Positions 26,381 to 33,892 of a stretch of DNA of 64,000 bases are shown here, in pieces (within the stretch, counting starts at the first letter, position 1; the number at the start of each line of letters is the position of its first letter). The notes beneath the pieces are model-generated. The model did no database searches, had not been told where the DNA came from, and worked only from the letters and a program-made list of their open reading frames with translations. Location: positions 53,892 to 117,891 of the forward strand of contig CAZKYO010000004.1 in the NCBI GenBank assembly GCA_964557115.1, written 5' to 3'. The translations under genes were made by a program, and so were the position numbers. This DNA comes from an uncultured Gemmatimonadaceae bacterium. Its GTDB lineage: Bacteria; Gemmatimonadota; Gemmatimonadetes; Gemmatimonadales; GWC2-71-9.

Positions 26381-27504
26381 TCGCTCGTCCCGCCCTGCTG
26401 CTCGTCGCCGCTGCCCTGCTGCCCGCCGTGGCGGACGCCCAGGAGGCGTCCTTCTCGACGAGCGGTGGCGTGGCGCGGCTCGACCAGCTGACCAGCGGGG
26501 CGATCGGGATGCTCGGGGCCACGGCCGGTGGTGGCCTCGGGCCGGTCGGCCTTCAGGTCGCGGCCAACACGATCAACTACCAGAACCTCGGCACCGCCAA
26601 TCGTGGTCACGCGGAGTTCCTCTTTGCCGAGGCGGGACATGGCTGGCGGGTGAATGCCGGGCCGCGCTTCGACGTCGGCAGCGGCGTCAGCGAACCGTGG
26701 AACCACGCCTGGAGCGGTGGCGTCGTCGTGGGCCGGACGATCGGGCCGCTGATGTTCGAGGTGAGCGCCGCCGAGGGACTCACCCGCCCGGACAGGCAGC
26801 GGGTGTCGTTCGGGCGGCGCGGGGCGCGCGCCGGCGTGACCCTCGGACCGGTGAACGTCCAGGCGACGTTCGACCTCACAATGGTGCGCGACAGCACGCT
26901 GCGCGACGACGTGTTCGTGACCCCGGATGACGAATCGCTGTACCGCCGGCGGGTCCGCCAGTTCGAGGATGCCGCCCTGGTCCTGTCGGTGACGCTTTCC
27001 ACCCTGGACATCAACGCCACGGTCGGCCGGCGCAGCGGCGACGACATCGCCACGCAGTCGTTCTGGCGACTCGAGGCCGCGGTGCCGATCGCGCAGACCG
27101 CGAGCGTGGTGCTCAACACCAGCCGGGCACCGGCCGACGTCGTACTCGGGCTTCGCGGCGGACGCGCCACCACGCTCGGCCTCCGCCTCACGCTCCCCGA
27201 CGACCTGGGCGGCGAGGGCCGCTATGCCACGCGGGTCGAGATCGACCGCGAGAACCCGGATCTCGTGCGGGTGGTCTTCACCCTCCCCGGCGGCGAACGC
27301 GCCCGGTTGATGGGCGAGATGACCGGGTGGCGCGCGATCGACCTCGAGCCGCTCGGCCGGGGGAAGTTCGCCGCGTGGTTCCGGAGCGGCACCGGCACCT
27401 ACCGCATCAACGTCGCCCTCGACGACGGGCCCTGGATCGCCCCGCCCGGGATGCCCCGGGTCGAGGACGGCTTCGGCGGGCTCGTCGGCCTGCTCCAGCT
27501 CTAG
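26377..27504 (+). CDS. hypothetical secreted protein, beta-barrel-like N-terminus plus C-terminal CBM48-like domain
   Basis: TTG start overlapping the previous stop, with signal peptide. C-terminus ARLMGEMTGWRAIDLEPLGRGKFAAWFRSGTGTYRINVALDDGPWIAPP parallels the domain in the anti-sigma-like protein. Confidence 0.55.
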   Translation: MIARPALLLVAAALLPAVADAQEASFSTSGGVARLDQLTSGAIGMLGATAGGGLGPVGLQVAANTINYQNLGTANRGHAEFLFAEAGHGWRVNAGPRFDVGSGVSEPWNHAWSGGVVVGRTIGPLMFEVSAAEGLTRPDRQRVSFGRRGARAGVTLGPVNVQATFDLTMVRDSTLRDDVFVTPDDESLYRRRVRQFEDAALVLSVTLSTLDINATVGRRSGDDIATQSFWRLEAAVPIAQTASVVLNTSRAPADVVLGLRGGRATTLGLRLTLPDDLGGEGRYATRVEIDRENPDLVRVVFTLPGGERARLMGEMTGWRAIDLEPLGRGKFAAWFRSGTGTYRINVALDDGPWIAPPGMPRVEDGFGGLVGLLQL

Positions 27505-27581
27505 CCCTTCACTCCCAACCCCGGCGGCGTCCGGCGCGTAGCAGTCCCGTACGCGTCAACCAAACGTCGACTGGAGTAGCC

Positions 27582-28217
27582 ATGCATTCGATCGTCTCCA
27601 TCGCCGCGCTCGCGGCGTACCTCACTGTTCCCTCCACGCCCCGGATTGTCGCCCCCACCGGCCCGGAGCACCCGCGTGCCGAGACCCGCCTCGTGGTCGC
27701 CGAGACCGGCAACGAGGCGCGGTACAAGGTCCGCGAGCAGCTCGCCGGCGTGGACTTCCCCAACGACGCGATCGGGAAGACCGTCGCCGTCAGCGGGGGC
27801 ATCACCTTCGACGACGCCGGCAAGGTCATCCCCGAGAAGTCGGTGATCACGGTGGACGTGCGCGGACTCAAGAGCGACAAGGACCGGCGCGACGGCTTTG
27901 TCCAGCGTCGCCTGCTGGAGACGGAGAAGTACCCCAACGTGACGCTCCAGGTCACGGCGCTCAACGGCCTTCCCTGGCCGCTGCCGACCGACGGCGCGCA
28001 TCCGTTCACCCTGGTCGGCAACCTCACGGTCAAGGGCGTGACCAAGCCGGTCACCTGGAAGGTGATGAGCGTCGCCAAGGCCGACGGCTACACCGGCACC
28101 GCCAGCACGCTCTTCACGTTCGACGACTTCCAGATCGAGAAGCCCCGCGTGATGGTCGTCCTCAGCGTGGACGACCAGATCGCCCTCGAGCTCGACTTCA
28201 AGTTCGTGAAGGGGTGA
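27582..28217 (+). CDS. YceI family periplasmic protein
   Basis: Start at MHSIVSIAAL. E.RYKV.EQL ... LKSDKDRRDGFVQRRLLETEKYPNVTL ... G.LTVKGVTKPVTW are YceI hallmarks. Confidence 0.85.
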   Translation: MHSIVSIAALAAYLTVPSTPRIVAPTGPEHPRAETRLVVAETGNEARYKVREQLAGVDFPNDAIGKTVAVSGGITFDDAGKVIPEKSVITVDVRGLKSDKDRRDGFVQRRLLETEKYPNVTLQVTALNGLPWPLPTDGAHPFTLVGNLTVKGVTKPVTWKVMSVAKADGYTGTASTLFTFDDFQIEKPRVMVVLSVDDQIALELDFKFVKG

Positions 28218-28228
28218 CAAGCAGGAAG

Positions 28229-28337
28229 GCGAGAACGCTGGGGGATTGTCACCCCGAGCGCAGCGAGGGGGCGGAGCCGGATGGTCGAGCTCCGCCCCCT
28301 CGGTCGCTGGGCTCCCTCGGGGTGACGGCGTTCTCGC
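28229..28337. repeat. 109-nt imperfect palindrome (GTCACCCCGAG...CGAGGGGGCGGAGC core), non-heptad family; likely bidirectional terminator
   Basis: gcgagaacgc...gtcaccccgag...cgagggggcggagc / 11-nt loop / gctccgccccctcg...ctcggggtgac...gcgttctcgc. Fills the gap between convergent yceI-like and cls genes. Confidence 0.8.
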
Positions 28338-28338
28338 G

Positions 28339-29775
28339 TCAGAGGTACGGCTGCGCCAGCCAGGCCACCCCGTCGCGGAGCCGCAGCGGGAGCGGTCTCC
28401 GGTTGAGCGTCCCCGCGTCGAGCTCGACGCCGTGCGCCGCCTTGCGATCGATGATCGCGAGCAGCTCCCCCGCCAGCGCCGGTGACCAGCACTCCAGGCA
28501 GTACTCGAAGTTGAGCCGGAGGGAACGGGGGTCCCAGTTCGCCGAGCCGACCAGCGACCAGGTGTCGTCGACGACCATCAGCTTGGTGTGGTCGAAGGGC
28601 GGCGGGGTCGCGATCACCCGGCATCCGCCCTGGAGGACCCGCGCGAACTGCGCCTGCATCGCCCACCCGACCAGCCGCAGGTTGACCCGCGAGGGAACGT
28701 AGATCCGCACGTCCACCCCGCGGAGCGCGGTCACCCGGAGCGCATCCATCAGCGACGATTCGGGCAGGAAGTACGGCGTCATGATCCGCACCGAATGGCG
28801 CGCCTCGGCGAGGGCGCCCTGGAGCACCAGCGCCAGCGAATCGAGCGTCTCGTCCGGCCCGTCGGCGATGCCGCGCGCGGCGACGTCGCCCGCCCGCGGC
28901 AGGTCGGGAAACCACGCCTCGCCGTCGAGCAATTCGCGGGTCGCGAAGCGCCAGTCGAACGTGAAGGCATCGGCGAGGTGGCGGACGACCGGCCCCTCGA
29001 CCCGGAAGTGCACGTCCTGGGTCGGCAGGCTCGGCCGCGAAGCGAGGACGCAGGCGTCGCGGATGTTCATCCCGCCCGTGAAGCCGATCCGCCCGTCGAC
29101 GATCATCAGCTTCCGATGGTTGCGCAGGTTGAAGTACGGATTCGAGAACGGGAATGGCGACCGGAGGAACTCCGCGACCGGGATGCCCCGGTCGCGAAGG
29201 ACCCGCACCACGGTCGGCCGGGAGTAGCGCGCGCCGACAGAATCCACCAGCACCCGGACCGCGACACCGCGGGCCTGCGCCGCCGCCAGCGCCTCGACGA
29301 ACGCGTCGCCCGCCGCACCGGTGTCGAAGATGTAGGACTCGAGCCCGATCGACACCCGCGCCTCGGCGATCGCGGCCAGCATCGCCGGGTACGCCGCGTC
29401 GCCGTCGAGGAGCGGGACCACGGCGTTCCCCGCGGTCAGCGGCTCGGTGCTCACCCGCCCCGCGAGGTGGGCCAGGCCGCCGTAGCCGGCAGGCACGAGG
29501 GTGCCGTCGGCCGAGCGGTCGGCCGGGGTCCGCGCGCGACGCTCGGCGGTGTGCGCATCGCGCTCCACCCGCATCCGGCCCGCCGTGCGCCGGATGAGGT
29601 TGATCCCGAGGAAGAAGTAGAGCAGCGACCCCACCACCGGCGCGAGCCAGACGAGCCCGGCCCAGCCGATCGCCGCGCGCACCTCACTCTTGGTGAGCAC
29701 GATGTGCGCGGACACCCCGACCGCCAGCACGAAGTGCAGCACGGCGAGGAGCAGCTGCCAGGTCGAAAGGGACAT
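28339..29775 (-). CDS. cls: cardiolipin synthase (PLD superfamily)
   Basis: Start at MSLSTWQLLLAVLHFVLAVGVSAHIVL (29775), two N-terminal TM helices, two HKD motifs (NHRKLMIVDG, DHTKLMVVDD). Confidence 0.9.
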   Translation of the reverse strand: MSLSTWQLLLAVLHFVLAVGVSAHIVLTKSEVRAAIGWAGLVWLAPVVGSLLYFFLGINLIRRTAGRMRVERDAHTAERRARTPADRSADGTLVPAGYGGLAHLAGRVSTEPLTAGNAVVPLLDGDAAYPAMLAAIAEARVSIGLESYIFDTGAAGDAFVEALAAAQARGVAVRVLVDSVGARYSRPTVVRVLRDRGIPVAEFLRSPFPFSNPYFNLRNHRKLMIVDGRIGFTGGMNIRDACVLASRPSLPTQDVHFRVEGPVVRHLADAFTFDWRFATRELLDGEAWFPDLPRAGDVAARGIADGPDETLDSLALVLQGALAEARHSVRIMTPYFLPESSLMDALRVTALRGVDVRIYVPSRVNLRLVGWAMQAQFARVLQGGCRVIATPPPFDHTKLMVVDDTWSLVGSANWDPRSLRLNFEYCLECWSPALAGELLAIIDRKAAHGVELDAGTLNRRPLPLRLRDGVAWLAQPYL

Positions 29776-29866
29776 CGACGCTTCCTGGGGACCGGGGAGC
29801 TGAAGGGTACGACCGGACCGGTTCGGCCGGAACCTCCGCCCGGGCGACTCCCCGCCTTTCCGGATC

Positions 29867-29915
29867 CCTTCTCTGTATTCTGTTCTCTGTTCTCCGTTCT
29901 CTGTCCTCTCCTCTA
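29867..29915. repeat. solo tract of 7 tandem heptamers (GTTCTCT type), pyrimidine-rich on the + strand
   Basis: ccttctc tgtattc tgttctc tgttctc cgttctc tgtcctc tcctcta. Ends 10 nt before the DUF72 ATG. No inverted partner in the 90 nt to the left. Confidence 0.8.
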
Positions 29916-29924
29916 TCCTTAGGC

Positions 29925-30857
29925 ATGCATCCCACCTGGCCCTCGCCGGAGGAGGTCGCCCACCTCGCGGCCGGGGTTCCACCACTGATCCGGTTCGGCA
30001 CGTCGAGCTGGACCTATCCCGGCTGGACCGGCCTCGTCTACCGCAGGGACTACCCCGCCAGCGGCTCGAGCGCGGCGATGCTCGGCGAGTACGCCGCCTG
30101 GCCGCTGTTCCGCACCGTGGGAATCGACTCCTTCTTCTACCGCCCGGCCTCGGCGCGCACGCTGCGCGACTATGCGGCCAACCTCCCCGCCGGATTCCCC
30201 TGCCTCAGCAAGGTCTGGGATCGGATCACGGCCCACACCTTCGCGAACCCGCGCGACAAGGCGCGCTGGGGCGAACGCAATCCCGACTGGCTGAACGCGG
30301 CACTCTTCCAGGACGAGGTCCTGGGCCCGATGCGGGAGGCGTTTGCCGAGCACCTCGGACCGCTGATCCTCGAGTTCCAGTCGATCGCGAAGAAGGACGG
30401 GATCGGGCCGGCGGAGTTCGCCGGGCACCTCGATCGCTTCTTCTCCGTGCTGCCCAAGGACGTGCCGTACGCGGTCGAGATCCGCAACCGGGAGTTCCTC
30501 GCCGACGAGTATTTCGCGGTGCTGCGCGAGCACGGGGTGGGACACGTCTTCAATGCCTGGACCCGGATGCCTTCGATCGGCGAGCAGCTCCTGCTCCACG
30601 ACGCGATCACGGCGCCCTTCATCGTCTGTCGTGCGCTGCTCCGGCCCGGCCGCACCTACGCGCAGGCGGTCGACGCCTTTGCGCCGTACGACCACGTGCA
30701 GGACGAGAATCCCTCGCTCCGGGCCGACCTCACTGCCCTGGCCAAGGCGGCACTCGACCTGCGCATTCCCGCCTACCTGATCGTCAACAACCGGGCGGAA
30801 GGCTGCGCCCCGCTCACCATTGCCGCGGTGGCGGCGAGGCTGGCCAAGGCGGCCTAG
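29925..30857 (+). CDS. DUF72 (UPF0759) family protein
   Basis: 310-aa ORF. IRFGTSSWTYPGW ... LEFQS ... YAVEIRNREF ... HVFNAW ... AYLIVNN fit the DUF72 pattern. Confidence 0.85.
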   Translation: MHPTWPSPEEVAHLAAGVPPLIRFGTSSWTYPGWTGLVYRRDYPASGSSAAMLGEYAAWPLFRTVGIDSFFYRPASARTLRDYAANLPAGFPCLSKVWDRITAHTFANPRDKARWGERNPDWLNAALFQDEVLGPMREAFAEHLGPLILEFQSIAKKDGIGPAEFAGHLDRFFSVLPKDVPYAVEIRNREFLADEYFAVLREHGVGHVFNAWTRMPSIGEQLLLHDAITAPFIVCRALLRPGRTYAQAVDAFAPYDHVQDENPSLRADLTALAKAALDLRIPAYLIVNNRAEGCAPLTIAAVAARLAKAA

Positions 30858-31390
30858 CGCAGCACCTGGGTCGCGACGGCGGTCGGCGTCGGCAGGAGCC
30901 AGTCGTCGATCCCGGCGATCACCCCGGCCGCCCGCAGGGAGGTCACGCCGTGGACGGCGGCCCAGCAGGCGACCGCCAGGGTGAGGACCGCGGCGGGATC
31001 GTCCCCGCCGACTTCCGCCTCGATCGCCCCGGCGACCGCCCCGAGCCACTCCTTGATCGCGACCTCGAGCTCGCCGTCTGCCTCGGGGCGGGTCGTCGTC
31101 ATCAGCGCCGCCAGCCGCGGCTCCGTGGCCGCCAGCGCACTCCACGCGCGGGCCACCGCCGCCGCCCCGCGCCCCTCCCCGAGCGCCTCCCGAACCGAGC
31201 GGTAGCCGTCGGCCGCGACCGCGCGAAGCAGCGCTTCCCGGTCCGGATAGTGGCGATAGGGTGCGCCGGGGGAGACCCCGACCCGACGGGCCAGCTCCCG
31301 GAGCGAGAGGTCGGCTTCCCCGGACTGCGCGAGCATCCGGCGAGCGGCGGCCACGAGCGCCCTGGCGAGGTCCCCATGGTGGTACGGCAT
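30854..31390 (-). CDS. TetR/AcrR family transcriptional regulator
   Basis: Start at MPYHHGDLARAL. HTH LSLRELARRVGVSPGAPYRHYPDREALL. Confidence 0.85.
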   Translation of the reverse strand: MPYHHGDLARALVAAARRMLAQSGEADLSLRELARRVGVSPGAPYRHYPDREALLRAVAADGYRSVREALGEGRGAAAVARAWSALAATEPRLAALMTTTRPEADGELEVAIKEWLGAVAGAIEAEVGGDDPAAVLTLAVACWAAVHGVTSLRAAGVIAGIDDWLLPTPTAVATQVLR

Positions 31391-31410
31391 GGGTGAAAAG
31401 GTGCGACCCC

Positions 31411-31467
31411 TGACCAATGTTGTCAATGATTACTTAGTCATATGTATACATTGCTTACATTTGCAAG
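31411..31467. promoter_or_regulatory. AT-rich promoter/operator region upstream of the TetR gene
   Basis: tgaccaatgttgtcaatgattacttagtcatatgtatacattgcttacatttgcaag is a clear GC trough. On the minus strand it holds TTGCAA-N17-ATATGA and TTGACA hexamers plus short inverted repeats (CAATGT...ACATTG). Operator assignment is inference. Confidence 0.35.
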
Positions 31468-31476
31468 CCCAGTAAT

Positions 31477-31495
31477 GGCGGGGATTTCCCCCGCC
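31477..31495 (-). terminator. hairpin downstream of ispH
   Basis: ggcgggg-atttc-ccccgcc, 26 nt after the ispH stop. No clear U-tract. Confidence 0.4.
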
Positions 31496-31520
31496 GCGAT
31501 CCCGTCACCACCTCAACCTC

Positions 31521-32732
31521 CTACCCGAGGGCTGCCTCCAGCTCCGCTTCCAGCCCGGCGGTCCTCGCGATCTGGACGATCGTCTCGCCGATCTTGTTGT
31601 TCGGCGTCGAGGCCCCGGCAGTGATGCCGATCCGGGTGGCGCCGGCGAGCCAGTCCGACTCGGTGACCTCCCGCTTGGTCCGCACCGGCTGATGGGAGAT
31701 CAGTCCGGTGGCCGGATCGATCCGGTCGGAGTCCGAGATGTGGAGGGCCCTGACCCCGCTGTCGAGCGCCAGGGCGGCGAGGGCACAGGTGTTCGAGGAG
31801 TTGTAGCCGCCGACCACGACCATCAGGTCGATCGGCTCCTCGAGCAGCTGCTTGACCGCGTCCTGCCGCTCCTGGGTGGCCGAGCAGAGGGTGTCGAAGG
31901 CCCGGAAGTGCTGCTCGAGCTCGGCCTCGCCGTGCCGGTCGACGTAGGCCCGGCGGAACGCCCCGGCGACCGCCATCGTCTCGCCGGCCAGCATGGTGGT
32001 CTGGTTGGCGACGCCGATCCGGTCGAGGTCCGTGGTGAAGTCGAACGCGGCGGAGGTCTTGCCCTGGAACCGCCGGGCGAGCTCGGCCGGGTCGCCCCCC
32101 CGCTCGATGAAGTCCGTCAGCAGGCGGGTCTCGTCGAGGTCGAACACGACGATGTACCGCCCTCCGTCGTGCTTCTCCACCTGGGAGGCGGTCGCCCGGG
32201 TCTCCTCGTGGTAGTGCTTCCCGTGGATGACCGCGGTGTACCCATCCCGGGCGTAGCTCTCGACCCGCTTCCAGACATTCAGCACCGAGCCGCACGTCGT
32301 GTCGACCAGGATGCAGCCGATGGCGCGAAGGCGGTTGAGATCCTCCAGGGTGACCCCGAACGCCGGGATCAGCACCACGTCCTCGGTCGTGATCGCGTCG
32401 AAGTCGAACCGACCATCCGCGCCGCGCTCGAGGAAGGTGAAGCCCATCAAGCGGAGCTTCTCGTTGACGTGCGGGTTGTGGATGATCTCGCCGACCAGGA
32501 AGAGCCGCTTGTCGGGGAACTTGGCGCGCGACTCGTAGGCGTACTCGACCGCCCGGTCGACGCCGTAGCAGAAGCCGAATTCCTGGGCGAGCCGGAAGGT
32601 CAGCGGACCGACGGCGAGGCGGTTGCCGCTCGCCCGGAGCGACTCGACCACCGCGCTGCCGTAGTCGGCGAGGAGCGGTCCCTTGATCTCGGCCTTGAGG
32701 CCGAAGCCGCGACGGAAATAGTTCGATTCCAC
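31521..32732 (-). CDS. ispH: 4-hydroxy-3-methylbut-2-enyl diphosphate reductase (long form)
   Basis: 403-aa ORF. FGFCYGVDRAV, VGEIIHNPHV, TCGSVLNVW, ANQTTM, GGYNSSNT (three Cys ligands of the 4Fe-4S cluster). Confidence 0.9.
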   Translation of the reverse strand: MESNYFRRGFGLKAEIKGPLLADYGSAVVESLRASGNRLAVGPLTFRLAQEFGFCYGVDRAVEYAYESRAKFPDKRLFLVGEIIHNPHVNEKLRLMGFTFLERGADGRFDFDAITTEDVVLIPAFGVTLEDLNRLRAIGCILVDTTCGSVLNVWKRVESYARDGYTAVIHGKHYHEETRATASQVEKHDGGRYIVVFDLDETRLLTDFIERGGDPAELARRFQGKTSAAFDFTTDLDRIGVANQTTMLAGETMAVAGAFRRAYVDRHGEAELEQHFRAFDTLCSATQERQDAVKQLLEEPIDLMVVVGGYNSSNTCALAALALDSGVRALHISDSDRIDPATGLISHQPVRTKREVTESDWLAGATRIGITAGASTPNNKIGETIVQIARTAGLEAELEAALG

Positions 32733-32806
32733 GGACGGAACCTAAGGCAATCGCGCCGCGCGCGGCGCGACAATCTCGTCGGCACCCGGAACCGTCGACC
32801 CTGCCC

Positions 32807-33334
32807 TCATGGACACCCGACCGCGCTCGCGACAACCGGCAGGTCGAGGAAGTCGCCGCGGACGACCAGCGTGTCGGCCCCCACCGGCGCGTTCATCCGG
32901 ATGTTGAAGCTGCCCGAGATCGAGCCGGATCCGCCCTTCACCTCGACGAGGCCACTGGCGGACCGGAATCCGAAGAGCACGCCGGTGTCCCCGGCCCATC
33001 GCAGCGCCGCGATCCCGCTCGGGCGCGGGGCGCTGTCGCGGTAGGCCGGCGCGACCACCGGATGCGGCGCGGCCGTGATCGAATCGGCCTCGAGCAGCGT
33101 GACGATCAGGCCGGTGTCGTTGCTGATCGCGCTGAGGGTCGCCATCCGGGTGACCGGGCACCACGCGACTTGCCCAGGGAGCACGGCGCTCCCCGCCTGG
33201 CTCCCCTGCCACTCCACGTGCAGCACCCCGGTCGACGACCCGCCGCCGGGGCGGAACCACCACCATCCGCCGATGGCGGCCAGGGCGACGATCAGGATCA
33301 GGGGAACGAAGCGCTTCACGGTCGACCTCCGCAC
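32807..33334 (-). CDS. hypothetical membrane-anchored protein
   Basis: 175-aa ORF with N-terminal anchor KRFVPLILIVALAAIGGWWWF and coding-like composition. No family recognised. Confidence 0.5.
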   Translation of the reverse strand: MRRSTVKRFVPLILIVALAAIGGWWWFRPGGGSSTGVLHVEWQGSQAGSAVLPGQVAWCPVTRMATLSAISNDTGLIVTLLEADSITAAPHPVVAPAYRDSAPRPSGIAALRWAGDTGVLFGFRSASGLVEVKGGSGSISGSFNIRMNAPVGADTLVVRGDFLDLPVVASAVGCP

Positions 33335-33363
33335 GGGGAATCGCCGTCAGCTCGAAAGCCGAC

Positions 33364-33391
33364 GACCCGCGGTAGATTGCCACCGCGGGTC
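33364..33391 (-). terminator. hairpin downstream of the Fis-type regulator gene
   Basis: gacccgcgg - 10 nt loop - ccgcgggtc (perfect 9-bp stem), 40 nt after the stop at 33431. Confidence 0.45.
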
Positions 33392-33430
33392 GCGTGAGGG
33401 AATGGGGCGCCGGTGCGGGACCGGCCAGGC

Positions 33431-33892
33431 TCAGGAAGCGACTTCCTGGTCCCAGCGGCTGCGGCCGTCGCGATGCAGCCCGTAGGCGCGCAGGCGGCGC
33501 CAGAGCGTCGTGCGCGAGATGCCGAGGGTCTTGGCGGTCTCGGCGAGCCGCCAGCTGTGCGCCTCGAGGGAGCGCACGATGGCGTCCTTCTCGCGCTCGG
33601 CGAGGGTGGTCGGCCCCTCGCGCTTGGGAACGAGGATCGCCTCCCCGACGTCGAGGCTGCCGATCTTGAGCGGCACCAGCCGGCCACCGAGTCCGGCCAG
33701 TTCGGGAAGGAGGTCGTCCTTCTCCCCGGTGGTGTCGAGACCGGCCTCCTCCAGCGCGTGCTTGGCGGGGGCGTTGAAGTAGGTGATCCTCCCCTGCGGG
33801 TCGAAGACCACCACGCCCTCGTTGAAGGCGTCGAGGAGGGCCTTGGCCAGCGGGGAGAAGACCGAAGGCATCGGGGTCGGAGAACTCGTCAT
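33431..33892 (-). CDS. PAS-like sensor / Fis-type HTH regulator
   Basis: N-terminus LLDAFNEGVVVFDPQGRITYFNAPA (PAS-like). C-terminus EKDAIVRSLEAHSWRLAETAKTLGISRTTLWRRLRAYG (Fis-family HTH). Start uncertain (33916/33892/33871). Confidence 0.7.
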   Translation of the reverse strand: MTSSPTPMPSVFSPLAKALLDAFNEGVVVFDPQGRITYFNAPAKHALEEAGLDTTGEKDDLLPELAGLGGRLVPLKIGSLDVGEAILVPKREGPTTLAEREKDAIVRSLEAHSWRLAETAKTLGISRTTLWRRLRAYGLHRDGRSRWDQEVAS

